This document shows positions 14,290 through 27,830 of a stretch of 64,000 nucleotides of DNA, piece by piece; the first letter of the stretch is position 1; each line of letters begins with the position of its first letter. A model generated the notes under the pieces. That model did not search any database. It saw nothing but the letters and a program-made list of their open reading frames with translations, and had not been told where the DNA came from. Made by a program: the position numbers and the translations under genes. The DNA lies in contig NW_021835469.1 in the NCBI RefSeq assembly GCF_006345805.1, positions 5,495-69,494 on the forward strand, given 5' to 3'. This DNA comes from Octopus sinensis (Eukaryota).

Positions 14290-14515
14290 CGTTTATGATA
14301 TAGGCATAAGAGCTGCACGTTTGGAGAGGAGAGGGGTAGTCAATTATGTAGACACCAGTACTGGTCTAGAAACTAAATATAAGTATTTTGTCGACACCGA
14401 AATTATAGCTAGCAAAGTCAACCTCGGCGGAATTTGAACTCAGAACGTAAAGCCAGAAGAAATGATGACACACATTTTATTCCATGCCGTCACTGTTCTG
14501 CTAGCTCACATCCTT
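14290..14515 (-). mobile_element. tRNA-derived SINE (family of 34818 and 58149)
   Basis: Reverse complement contains gtgagctagcagaa..ttacgttctgagttcaaattccgccgaggttgacttt, shared with 58149-58357. Confidence 0.7.
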
Positions 14516-15575
14516 TTAGAAGATTAATAATAAAGGGTTGCCAAAATACTCAACTTCTTGAGGTTTACACTATTTATTTAGGGGCTTACAAAGTACTAAA
14601 TAAGGGTTACTATCCAGAATTCCAAAGAATACGTTTGCGGTACCTAAGAATAAGGCTTGCTGTAACTTTGAAAACCATTTTTAGAGTTATCACAAAGGTA
14701 GAATCTATAGAATATATATAACTAAAGATGCGTTTTATAGAATCTCAATGTATGAACTTATATTGCATTGAAATATTTTCTGCAACAACATTTAACAAAT
14801 GAATGAATATATTCAATAGTAGTAATGGCAATCAAAAATACAATGCAATATCACAATATCGATTGATATTGGGTCGAAAAGTGGACATATCTATGAAGTA
14901 GTGTATTGGGATGATAGAGCATTTGATACGGCATTTTTAGACTCCATGATAAATAAAGGAAAAAAATTAACGTATATAAATAACTAATATGATATAATGT
15001 ATTCACGTCAAATATACTATTTTAAGGTAGTAATGATATTTATGAAGCTACACCAGAGAAAGCACATGAAATCAAGCGACAACAGCGGCAAACATAAAAA
15101 TGTGTGCCGAATAAATACTTTTGATGAGGGAAAGACTTAAACAGAAGCGATGCATTACGCCAATATCAACTTAAATATAACGATGATTATGTCATCGCTT
15201 CTAGAAAGACGAAAAACTTTCAAATTGTCAATGCAAACATAGTGAAAGCACTCTTTACATTTATATATCGGATATTCTACACAGTTTTGTGGCCACAATG
15301 AATCTCCTGATATGAAAGTTTTAAAGAAGTAGGATAATTTCATACATACGAACAAATAAAAAAGTAAAGAACGGTTACTTTGCGGAAAATGATGTAATTG
15401 CTTCTAAAAAGTATAGAATGTACTGTGTGAAATTTCTTCACTTACACTAGTATTTAATTGCTATGAAAATTAAAACATTACAATGTGTTTAGTACAGATT
15501 AAAAACAAAAAAAATAATTTTTGTATAATTCTCACAAAGATGTTAAAACTCCAAGGAGAGGTCATTACATATTTG

Positions 15576-16845
15576 GGCGCAGGATTGGCTGTGTGGTAAG
15601 AAATTTGCTTCCCAACCACATGGATCCAGGTTTAGTCCACTGCGCGACATAAAGAGAGTATGTCACCTACTACAGTCTCAGGCCGACCAAAGCCATATGA
15701 GTGGATCTGACAGATGGAAACTGAAAGTCCCTCATGTATATACGAGATCTGATAAATAAGTATCCGGACTGGTGTTATAAATCCAAAACTACAACACGTA
15801 CCAATTTGGCATTTACTCTCCTTCAAAATTGTCCCCGTCGGAAGCCACACACTTAATCCAGCATTCCTGGAACTTGTTTTCTGAGATAATCAATAGCTGC
15901 CGCTTTGCATTCCTAATCTTGATTTCCTCAACGTTTTGAAATCTTCTTCCTTTGAAGAGGGATATGATTTTTTGAAAGACGAAGGAGTTGCAAGGAGCGA
16001 GAGCTGAAGAATACGGTGGCTGTCGGACCTGAAGAATGCTGTGCCTAGTCAAAAACTTCTGCACAAGCTGCGCTGAATGAAGAGGCGCGTTGTTAGCTGA
16101 AAGCAGCTGTGGAACAAACTTGGTAGACACACGTCCCATACCCAAATATCTAGTGATAATGGACTGAACTGAACCATAACTAAACTGCACATCCTCTGAT
16201 AACTCACGGGTGGTGATTTCCCGTCATGCCAGCACGCACATCTGCGATGTTTTTCGCTGTTCGGTTGGTTGCAAGTCTCCCAGAACTTTCGTCACTATCG
16301 ACATTTAGTCGGGTCATACATTCTTCTCCATATAGTTTATGCAAATTTGCGTAGGCCATTCAGCAGGTATCGCCAAGCTTTTGACAAAATCTGATTCAGA
16401 TGCATGTTTAATGCGATGTGCACGTATTACACATGTTCATTCCAAGTACTGCTGTAAACAACGGAAGTGAGCTAGAACGTTAAACCATAGGTTGCATGTA
16501 CAGTAAAGTTTCAGGTCAATCTGTTCCAAGCGGCTTTACTCAGTGTGCTTTAACTTCGTTACTCTGGCAAGAGTCTGGATACTTATTGATCAGACAGCGT
16601 ATGTGTTTGTTAGTGTGTGTGCGTTTGTGAGTGTGTGTGTATGCGTGTGTGCTTGTGTATTTTTTTCTCCATGTTTGTCGCCCATCACCAGTTGGTAACT
16701 GTTGTGATGTATTTAGGTAACATAGCAATTCAGCAAAAGAGGCTCATAGAATAAGTAGCAGGCTTTAAAGAAAGTAGGTATTTGAGGCGATTTGTTTGAC
16801 TAAATTATCCAAAACGGTGCTTCTTCATGACTGCAGACAAATGAC
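15576..16845 (+). mobile_element. tRNA-derived SINE split by a Mariner insertion
   Basis: tRNA-like head ggcgcaggattggctgtgtggtaag..ggatccaggtttagtccactg at 15576-15740. The body resumes at 16602 with (GT)n and continues gtaacatagcaattcagcaaaagagg..atagaataagtag. Confidence 0.8.
15743..16599 (-). mobile_element. Internally deleted Mariner with TIRs and TA target duplication
   Basis: TIRs cgagatctgataaataagtatccggact and agtctggatacttattgatcagacagcg, with TA at 15741-42 and 16600-01. ORF 15813-16190 contains LGMGRVSTKFVPQLL, NNAPLH, QPPYSSALAPCNSF and KCVASDGDNFEG. Confidence 0.9.
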
Positions 16846-17419
16846 GTCCGCTACTGAAATAACGTTCACCAACTCGTTACATACGTTCGATGTTATTATA
16901 ATTAAGTTTGGAAGAATTTGCATTTATAAAAAATATCTTAACAAATATGTAACGATTAATTAGATGTAATGTACAATTCCCATGTAAGAATAAAATTAAT
17001 TTATTTATTACGATATTTCACCTTCGGATATTGTTACGCATTGGAAACATCTTAATTTAATAAAGATATGTAAGAATTTTGTGTCATTCCATTCAAATAT
17101 AATTAAGGTTATTTTGATGAGGGTGGATACAATTTGATTTATATTTCATCGCACAGACAACTGGTATGATTAATTTATAACATAAACAGAAATGTATTTG
17201 TATTTGGAATTGTAAAGAAATTGATAGTTAGGGAAAACAATATATTTCTTCACATTTTAAACAGATAATATACTGAGTAAAAGCAAAGAATTCTAATGGA
17301 TTTACTACAGGAGTTAAGAAAATGATCAACAAGCGTAAGGCGGGTACAATCGTTGTTCTTTAGTGAAAATGTAATACGGCCAGCGAAATCTAGTCTTTTT
17401 ATTCATTTATCACTGACAT

Positions 17420-19870
17420 ACGTCAACTTCAATTTTTAGCATTGAGAATTGGCCCAGGGACAATCTCGCGGCCAACACGTCCGTTGCAATGATTTTCTGA
17501 AGTAACTTTCTAACTAAATTCCTGTTTATTTTATACTTCTTAAAAAGTTTCAATGACTTACTAAATCTAACTGCTTCTATTCTAATTGCCGTTTGCCGGA
17601 GTAAACCACCATTTGTTGTTGACGATTGCCCCCGTCAAAACACGCTTAATTAAATTTGTAATCCGGTACTTGAAAGCTTGGCCATCCGGGAGTGACGCGT
17701 TTTACTTCCGGCAACCGGGATCCTGCCTTCTAATCCTATCTACGTGAACCGTACATATCACAAATTTGTGGTTTGTGTAGCTGCCCAGTTTAAAAAGTGG
17801 ACATCTTATATTATCTACTGGCCTACAGAATATCTTGTCTAAATACGATCTGAATGACCCGATGTGATTTAACCATATACACACTGGCACGTCAGGAAAA
17901 TCCTGTCGATATTTGTGAGACAGTTAGACATGTCTAAGCAAGTTTCCGAGGATTTTACCACTTCTATGAGCTATCTCCACACAGTCCAAACGTAGGTTCA
18001 AGACGGCGTTTCAGTCGTCCGCAAACACTAAAATTCTGGTCGTTCCTAGAAAAATCTCGAGACGTCTGAGGTAATCCGGTTGTCCTGCTCCTGTTAGAAA
18101 ATTACCAGCCATCAGTCTCAAGACATCTCCATCTCTACTGTTCACATACAGGACCACAAACTTAACTTCGGAGTCCGGGAAGATAGGCCTAATCTTGATA
18201 TTCAGGACTTTCCGAATAAACACCATCATTTCACCACCCATTCCCGGTTGTCACGGTGATAGATATATCTCGTATCCACCGAAAATGGGCAATCAAGCTT
18301 GTCTGTCCGATGTCTGGTTTCCCTGATGGTCACTACGTCGACTGTATTTGACCTGTGGTAGTGAATTAGATGTCCTTGTTTCCCTAGTTACCCCAGGATA
18401 CGTAGGTTTATAATGCCTAAACTGAACAGGGTCATGTGATATCAAAGTATAGAAGCAGAAGAGTCTACTTAGTGAGAATTAGCGCAGAAGAGACTGATGC
18501 ATTGCCCCCATAGGTAAGTGTGGATGTTTCCACGTGCAGTTACTTACATATTGTCTATTCATGTGTCTCTTCGGGATATTTTGTTTTCATGGTCTTAAAT
18601 GTGTGTTGTAATATTTGTATGACTTTAATATGTGCTGGTGTGTTGTTTCTCGGCATGAGGAAACCGGTGCGTGTAATGTGTGTATGGTTATATACGACAT
18701 TTTTTTGGTATCTTTTGCTGTGTAGTTCAGAATGTTTCCTGGTGTTGAGATGTGTGAAGTCCGTTTCTTCCTCTTTTATTTTTCATTTTGTTTTTGCTTC
18801 ATCTTCCTGTTCCCCCTCAAAGTAGGTTACGTCTGCTAGCTCCGGATGCGGGAGGGCATTCTGTGATTGTTGTGGTTTGGCTGGGGGGTTCTGATACTGT
18901 TCTTTTTGCTGAAGTCGATGTTGGTGATTTCTCTACTGTTGTTTCCATTGTTGTTCTCGGTGTTGTTGCTACTACTGGTGATGGCGGTGGTGATGTCAGC
19001 AATATTGGTGGGGGCTCACGTCTTTCTTTTGTTGCGGACAGAGAACTATGAGGTAATTTGTGTCGTCGCAAATGTACATCTTTATTTTCTGCCCTCAAAA
19101 GTCACATGAAACTTTGTTCTATCCAGTGCAGCTATTATCCGTAAGTCGAATGGTAGATGTGTATTAGGATTGCCTCCTCAGTTGTTAAGGTAACTGTCGA
19201 GGGATATTTGGCCTCCTCCTCCGAGGCGAACTTCACATCGTCAGTCCTATATTTCTTATTCATGGCTATCTGTTGCCGTTTTACCTGCTCCATTTTTCTA
19301 CTTTTAGCTCCAATTGTTTTATAAATAACCACCCAGAAATTAATTTCATGATGGACAGTTCTAGAAATGTTTTGTACCACATTTCTGCCATATTTCTTTA
19401 AAATATTTCGCAATCTTGAATTCATTTTCGTGTATAAAAATGACTTCACTTACTTCTCTGGTTTTGCTTCCAAAGTCGAAATGATTTTGACTGGAATTGC
19501 ATTCACTTTTTCGTTTTCTGTTTCTTAGCAATGATGTTGGTGATGGTGGTGGTGATGGTGGTTGTAGTGGCGGTGGTTTGTGGTGGTGGTAGTTGTGATG
19601 ATGTTGGACCTGTTACTTCAACCAGCGGTGGAGGTGGAAGTGTTCTCGCTTGTATTGTCGCTTTTTTCATTCATTTATTTTGGTTTCTACGATATTGAAT
19701 GTTGGAAACTTGGGAAAATTGCTTTCATAGCCCCCACACATTCACACACACGTGCGTTGTTGTTCTTATTGTTGCTGCTACAGCAGTAGTCACTTTCTTT
19801 TACGAACTGGCTGTCTCTTTTTCGGACTGCTACTTTTAGAGGGCGGCCAATATTCGTTCGCCATGTGTGG
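17420..19870 (-). mobile_element. L1/Tx1-like LINE 5' portion: ORF1 remnant plus APE endonuclease; no RT
   Basis: Endonuclease segments read VFIRKVLNIKIR..RLMAGNFLTGAGQPDYLRRLEIFLGTTRILVFADD*NAVL and SYLDKIFCR..YTNHKFV..PGCRK*NASL. Upstream ORF1-like frames lie at 18817-19449. Confidence 0.75.
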
Positions 19871-20556
19871 TTTTATCAAAATTAGAAAACGAAAAGCGCG
19901 TCTTAGCCCAAACTAACACCAAAATAGACCCTAAGACCTATAGATAGAAAACAACTAACCAGCTTCCAAAGTTCCTGATTATTATAACTAAGTAGCGATA
20001 AGAAATGTACAAGGTATAACAATGCGTAACAAAATGAATAAATACAAATCTACGGGACAATTTGTGACACCCTTCAATAGACGAACAGTAATAATGATAA
20101 TCATAAAGATGCTGATGAAGATGGTTTGTCTACAACACAACATTTTTCTTGAAAGCCATTACAAATAAATAGACTTCTTTATAAAGTAAACTATGTAGAA
20201 TATCTAACATGGTCTCGATAATATTGATACACCCGTTCTTGAGGTGACACTGGTACACACCACTTCCATATCTTTCGTGTTCCATTATATTTGCCAGTGT
20301 TCAATTATATCTACCAGGAATAATGTTTTTATCCCTATGGTCTTCACTGTAACTTATCTATTTAAACTTGTCACTATTACATTTTTCATTTGTCATTTTA
20401 TAGATCACAACTGTAGGAAACAATTTCAGTTTTCAGTTTGTGTGAAGTATATATTTTCACTGAGTGTTGCATCTTCTTATACGCTCGAAAACAATGAATT
20501 CGTAGGATTCCTGAGTGACATGACAGTTACGATCCTAGAATCGCTTTCATTTAGTA

Positions 20557-20700
20557 CAGCGATTCTCAAAGGGGACATATGACCACCCGGAGGGTCATTT
20601 GGAGCACGAGGGAGCGTTTTGCAGCGATGGGTTTCAAAGGGGGTGTTAAGAGAGGTGCAGGCGATGGAAGACCTTCGCCTTTGGTAAGTTTAATTTCAAG
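20557..20700 (+). mobile_element. Possible hAT-like DNA transposon end
   Basis: Begins CAGCGATTCTCAAAGGGG, similar to hAT/Charlie termini. No matching opposite end was found. Confidence 0.3.
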
Positions 20701-20927
20701 TTAACGAGTAGTAGCCCTATTTTCACATCTCTGCGAAAGTCAGTTTAAAAATAAACATGCTTTTTAGTTCAAATTTTCAAGAAGTTTTAAATCTTTTTTC
20801 CCCTTTGACGACACCAAGCAAATTCCTGGTAACCTGAGTAAATTGTGTCGCTAAAGAGAAACCCTCAAAACGAAAACAAAATCTACAGACAGATGAATAG
20901 TGACAGACAATTAATTGAAAAAAAAGA

Positions 20928-22140
20928 GTGATTACATTTCGTTTTTGGATTTGGTTTGCAAGATTCTTTATGTGAGTTCGTATGTTAAAGCATATTCTGT
21001 TGTGTCTGGGTAGAGTCATTTTCTTTTTGTGCCTTATAATTTAACACACTCAAAGGTACAATTTCCGCTTATTCCTTATATTTAATTTCCTAAAATGTTC
21101 GTTTCATCTTGCAGCCTTTTCAATAGTCTTGACTCTGTCTGTTATTTACATTGCGTTCCTTTTTGTCCGTTTGGGCGCAAGTATGGGTCAGCGTGTGTTT
21201 TAGTGCCTATGCATGCATGTGTATATGTATGTGTGTGTATGTATATATGAGTGTGTATGCATATGTATATATGAACGTGTGTGAATCTGTATGTATGTGT
21301 TCTGCATATTCATGTGTTTGCATGTCAGTGTTTGTGTATTTTTATGCATGTGTGTGAGCGTGTGTTTCTATATGTATGCACATCCTTGTGTGTGCATGTC
21401 TATATGTGTGTGTTTTGCAAGTACCATGTTTGTATGTATAAATTTGCATCTCCATACGTGTGGACACGTGTTTGCCTATGTGTCCTTGTGTAAAGTGCGT
21501 GTATATATGGTCATGTGTTTCAGTCAACATTTGTGTATGTGTGCTTGTCTGTTCGTATAACCTATATACCTATCCGTGTGTATGTTGATCTGTTTACTTT
21601 CATATCCATATACTTACATACATGTGCATATACACATATATACCCCCCACATAAATACATACATCTATCTACATAACAGCCCACTAACTATTCTCTACAT
21701 GTGTAAACTCTGGGTATGGAGGTATGATATCTACTATGTATATTTCCTATTTAGTATTGTGGAAGTTTCATTTATAAGGACGTACTCCCGTATTTGTCTC
21801 AGTGTTTGGTCGTTTGGGTGCGTGGATAATATGCGGATGTCAAGTTGACCCAAGTTGCCTTCATGGTGGTTTTGGTATATTGGTAGAGTATGGAGGACTG
21901 TTTTTGTCTTCAAATTGTCTCAGATATTCATTTAGTCTTTCCGCAATGCTCCTGGATGTTTCCCCTAGGTACGTCATGTTCATGTCTTTACAAGAACCTT
22001 CTATGCATCTTATGCTGTAATCTACATTTCGAGTTCTACAGTTAATACTACATATCATCCAGCTATCATTGGTGCATATGGTATTCTCAAAGGGGTACGT
22101 CCTACATAGTTGTAATCTGATGAATTTCCTTGACTTATAA
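20928..22140 (-). mobile_element. Penelope-like element 3' part: GIY-YIG endonuclease remnant followed by 3' UTR/pseudo-LTR
   Basis: Reads RNVDYSIRCIEGSCKDMNMTYLGETSRSIAERLNEY and then, after a frameshift, LRQIREYVLINETSTILNRKYT*. The stop falls inside the repeat shared with 1185-1955. Confidence 0.8.
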
Positions 22141-25100
22141 AAGCGAAAAGCTGAGTGTGTATGTATGTGTGTGTGTGTGTGTGTGTTTGAGTGCAATATT
22201 AAAAAAATAGTGGTCAGAACTTTGGATCAAGCTGTCTTTTGGGAGTGTATGATAGATATGTATTTGTGCATGCGTGCTTATATATGGTTTTGATTGTACG
22301 TATATGATTGCGTGTGTTGCCGATTTGAATTCTTTTCTGCGATTGAACTTAAATTGGCCCATGGCTATTAAAGCCCCAGCCACACACACATAAACACACA
22401 CACACACACACAAATACACACACATACACACACACTTATTTTCTATTTAATACCCATTTGAACTGCGGCTATACACCTGATAACGCGGTAAGTCTTATCC
22501 TCTGAAATTTACAGTTTGAATGTTTTGATTATAAAAGTACACTCCAGCTAAAAACATATCTTTTGGCTTTGGAAAACAGAACGTTTTGTTTCTCCTCCTA
22601 TATATTTTGTCATAGTAGATTTTATTTGTTTTGGTCAGGATTTTCCAGTTTCTTGTATCAAGCAATGGACAGAAACATAAAAACAAATTAATATTTTCTG
22701 TCTCAAACTAACTAGATCCAGGTACAGTGAATACCATCCTCTACAATTTCCTACTCATATAAAGTACACATGTATTTCAACAATTTCTCTCAAATACACT
22801 ATTGCGCATAAAAATCCTCTTCCCGGGTGACGATAACTTATATGACAGATTGTTGCACAGCTTCTAGATGTTTTGATAATGGAAATCGGAAATGTTTTAA
22901 ATGATCTCATCGGCATTTACTTGTCCCAAAAAAGCACTCTTTCGATACAGCATGTTCATCTCATAAGTGTCGCGTAGTGGAAATAAATGCAAATACCAAA
23001 CTTTCAATTCATAATGTCTTTATTTTTTTTTTTGCATTTCAGTTTGTACATATGTGCTCCCGACTGTGTACAAGCGTATAAGTAAAATGACATCCATTTT
23101 TTTTTAATAATATTCTTCTGATATCAAAATAAATAGTATATTGAAAACTAAAAATATTTTCTAGGACGGACATTTGTGACTCCAAGGGTCAAAAGGGGAC
23201 TTTTGACCAAAATAGGTTGAGTACCTTTGATTTATTATATCACGTCTGTAATAAATGCTTGCCATTATTAGACAAACTGCAACGCTTTAGGAAGCAATAT
23301 GTATTAAATTGGTACTTTTTGTGTAATAAAATCAATAAGAAGGATATATAATTTTGGCATACAAAGGTAGATTTCAGATAGTGCTACAGGTAAAACTTTA
23401 TATGTAAAACTTCAGCGTTACTGATTTCTATAATATCAGAGTAATGCAAAAAGTAAAAATACCTGCATTCTTACATGGCTTTAGAAATTAAGTAATGTAT
23501 TGACGTATTATAATGTTTGGAAGGCGCACAAATTTATATTACATATTTTTAGCATTTTTATTTTACACATTTTAAACGTCTATGAAATATTGTATTTGCT
23601 GCAAGTTTGATGTTTAAGCGTATGTTTAAAGAAAATGTATTGTGCAAAACGTATTATAAGTCTAGAAATCTAAGTAAACGCTTGCGCAGCAATCGCCTTC
23701 GCTTTATCAAATACAGAGTTTAAGCGATATAACTATTTCACTTTTAGTATCTCAATTTGTTATGTAATTTAAACAGGTTTTTGAGGCCCATTGTCTATGG
23801 AAGATTTATGTGTATGTATTACATACATTTTTCCATATACCAGTACATATACATTAATTTTCTTTTAAAATGAAAGCTGTAACTATAAATATGAATGACT
23901 TTCAAATCGAAACAATATTTGTTTGAGTATCATTTGAAATTCCTTCGCACCCGAAGCAAGGCATTATAAAAACTCAGAGTGCGCCGTCACTGTAAATTAC
24001 CACAACTTTCAAAGGTATGTCATCGAATATCATAGTATTACACTAACAGAAGCAGCATTCACAGCGTTTTTTTTTATATATATATGTACCAATGAATGGA
24101 GGTCAATTGGATATGGTGGTATATATCATCTCCCGAAAGTCACTGTACCAATTTAGAAACTAGTTAAATGTAGACAGACATGATTAAACAAAATATGATA
24201 AGTTTAAAAATATATATTTGTCCAACCATTATTTATGGCAACATAAAATCTATATCGTGTAATCTACTATTAATATAAAACACCTAAAAGGTCATCATAA
24301 AATGTCTTTGAGTTGAAATTGTTCAAATTGTTTGCACATCAATTACTAATTTAGCAAAGCAAATGGGCTGAAAATGTGGACAGGTCGTGACGAATGTTAA
24401 AGTCACTAACACATATTTACACATACACACATACACGCACAGAGGTACACACACACACGCGCACGTACACACGCATAGATAGAGTGGCATATATACAACT
24501 AAATCGAACAACAGATACATTCACAGAAATACCTCGCACTTGCACATGAATATATTAAAAATATAAAAATGTTTGCGTAAGTATGTTTGCATGCACATAA
24601 ATTAAAACAGGTACAGTGAAGGAATAAGTATTCATATACATCAGAAGCGTTCAAGGAAATATTTGGCGTTTGATATATCAGATTTTATCGCTAATAAACA
24701 AACATTCGGATAAATGATGGTTATTTCAAAGATAAAAATATAACTGTAAATGTCATAAATCTCGAGAAAAGCATATTACATACAATCTGTATATTTTGAA
24801 GGTGTGTGTTACATTTACAACCTACATTGCATACCTGTTTGCATACTTACATGTTGGTCCTTAGACACATAAAACATAGGCTCATATATATTTGCACAGA
24901 GAAGAAAGCAACTACATAGACATGTGTTTCGTGCGTGTGTATGTGTATGCCTACCTATATTATGACGTGCATAAGTTTCAAGTATGAAGTATGTCATGGA
25001 GCTTCGATATGATGTACGACGCAAATACTCCTGATTACGGTGTTAATGCTCACGAATGATCAAATCAATCTACATATGTTTATCCTCGTATTGAAACTGT

Positions 25101-25639
25101 CTTTCCTTGTTTAGTCACTGAGGCTTATGTATATTGTTTGTACGAGTAAATGTCTTCTAAAACCAATACCTAGTATATCTATAAGGCGTTTCTGTCCATA
25201 CAACAAGATGTAACTAATCATGTTCAAAATATTTGCTGCAATGTAAGTATAAGTCCGTGTGATTTGTTGTGAAATATATGAAATTTCTAATCAAATATGA
25301 ATAATTTACACCCGTTGGTAAAAAATATGAAAGAAAATGTGGCAGTCCGTACTACTATGTATGGCATATTTTAATTATGTCAATTTTTGTATGCATTTAT
25401 TTATGCACATTAAAAATCGCCTTTCAGTTTTGAAAAGTATCGAATTAGCCTCGTATAATACTTTCGCTGTTGATTCTAATATAATACTCCGTCTTGTAAA
25501 ACAAATCTGTACTTTTACATCCTATTTGTTTTACCATTAGTTGGGTTAATATTCCATTCTTATGGGAATGGAATATCAGCCCCCTCCTTACCAACTAAAT
25601 CATAGTAAATGACCTTTTCCGCTTCTATACTTTCATCTC

Positions 25640-27620
25640 ACATTACAAGGCCATCAACTCAAAAACCACAGGTCACTGAGTAATCGATATAGTGGCCATT
25701 CGTGAAAAGAGACTGTCCAACCGACAAGCTTTTATGCCCATTGATGGTTGCACTGCTAATAAAGGACCAAAATAAGGTGAGTCATATAGAAATATTTATG
25801 CTCATAAAGCTGATGAGCACTGACTTCAAAATATTTACTGACGCGTTAGTAAAATGTTAGCGCTTGCTGTCGAGAAACTGATTGGCGATGCAAAAACATG
25901 TGCAATCCCAAGCAGATCCAGTCACGACAACCTCCACCTTATGCGATACCTCGTAGATAAGGAACTTAGCATAAGTGGTGCCGAAATCAATTTGTGTCAA
26001 TCTAAAGCTTTCGATAGGGTCGACCTCCAGTAATTGGCGGCCGTTCACCCAGCAGGCGATTTCGGTCCGTTTCCCGTGGCTGGATCGCTGCAATGTACTG
26101 CGATATTCGCTCGGTAGTTCGGGTGTGTGGTTACCTATCAGAACCGTCTAACATCATGCGCTCGGTCTCTCTCGTCTCTCCCGTATATAGGGTATTAGGC
26201 TATGAGTGCGGAAATTGGAAGCGTTGTGAGGCATTCCGCACGGACGCGAACTTGGAATAGCCGCGTAAGCATACGCAGACAAAGTCACCATTATAGTGTC
26301 AAGCCCCAGGCACATAGACCGGGTTGCCAATGATTTAAAGTAATAGGAGTCAATGACAGGCGCAAAAACTAACCAACAAAATTAAGTAGACCTGCAACTT
26401 GGCATCTGGAGACGCAGGTCTATGCCATTCAGTAACTCAGTTGGGCATATTACGCAGGGCCTGATTTGGTTCTGAGCTCCAGGTGGTGTAGATCTAGGAT
26501 GAAGAGACGGGCAGGGTGGCCAATCTCACCCAGAAATATGCCGTGAGAAAGTAGGGCAGAATTAGCAAATTTATTCATCGATTCCATCATATATTATCGC
26601 CTAACCGTCATGTCTTGCCTTAGTTTACGTCTGAACAAACTGCAGCGCATACTATTGTGCTTTCTGAGGAAGGAGCAGACTCCACTTCTCAGGTGCTCAA
26701 TTTGTTGTCAGCACTCTCTTAATGGTGGGGCGGATGGGTATGGTGTTGCTGCTGATTCGTAAACATGCGCTGAAGCTGCGAAATATTCAGCTTTTCCTAG
26801 ACAGTAAGCAGCGTTAATCACTGGTTCCCCCATATAGTCTGTTTGTATGAGCTGCAGTTAAGGATCAAGCGTAGAGCAAAGCAGAACACCTGGAACCTAG
26901 AATGTCGTTAGGCAGTCGGTAGAAGTTCCACTCAGACGTTCTATAGAGGGTTAGTGGCGGGGAAGTGCGACGATGTTCTTGGGGAGACTCTGGACATCGA
27001 TGAAAAGGAGTTGGTTGCTCAATTCCGAGCCCAGTGTTAACTTCCAGAAATCCCTAGACTGACAGAGCTACTGGACACATTGCTACTTCGGGATAATCTC
27101 TACAGACTTGCCCAAAGTGCCCACGTAACGACGAAACGTCTTGCACATTGTCGTTCAGTGCTCGACCATTGATGGTTTCTGGGTTTATATCGAACACTCA
27201 TTGTCTCGTGTTGGACGGATCTGGATATCAGCTGAATGCATCACGAAGAACGCTCCGCCGCCTTCATTTGGGCGGAAGAGTAAGCAAAATTTCTTTCCTT
27301 TTTTGTCAAGCTCTCATTAATTTTATTTAAGTGAAACTTGAAAAATAAAGTGAGGGTGCAGAGTGAATTGCTGCCGCCCAGCAATTTTGCTTAAAGGTGG
27401 GTGGATGTGGAGTGAATGGTCTGGGTGAACCCCTCTAGATCTAGGGTAGATGAAATGGAGAGGTACTTACCCTAGAGATCAGGTCGATTGCAGGTTTTGT
27501 GGGTTTCCATGAGCAGCCCTTAGCATCTTCCTGCTTTTGTGGATTTATTTGTTACAATTTTTATTGTTATTACCTTTTTGAACGATTAACTTCCCTCTTT
27601 TTCGTCTGTGTTGCTTTGTG
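25640..27620 (+). mobile_element. L1/Tx1-like LINE, degenerate RT and C-terminus, with an internal deletion joining the EN start to the RT
   Basis: Reads TCAIPSRSSHDNLHLMRYL..NLCQSKAFDRVD, AYADKVTIIVS (YADD motif) and LFCQALINF. The first ~95 bp align with the EN start of the 17420-19870 copy. Confidence 0.8.
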
Positions 27621-27699
27621 CCATCCCCAATCTTTTACATAAATTCTCAGTGATGAAATAAGGGGAACATTATTAGTGTTATTATTTTTGCTGTTGCTG

Positions 27700-27830
27700 T
27701 CGTTGCTGCGGCTGTTATTGTTGTTGTTGTCTTTGGTGGTGGTGGTGGTTGTGGTGGTGGTGGTGTGGTGGTGGTGGTGGTGGTGGTGGTGGTGGTGGTA
27801 GTGATGGTGGTGGTGTTGGTGATGTTATTG
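27700..27830. repeat. (GTT)n/(GGT)n microsatellite cluster
   Basis: Seen directly in the sequence. Confidence 0.9.

Noticed and set aside
17420-27620. Idea that the two opposite-strand Tx1 pieces are one element broken by an 8-kb inversion
   Set aside because: The 25640 piece begins with its own copy of the EN start, which is also present at ~18300, so they are separate insertions.
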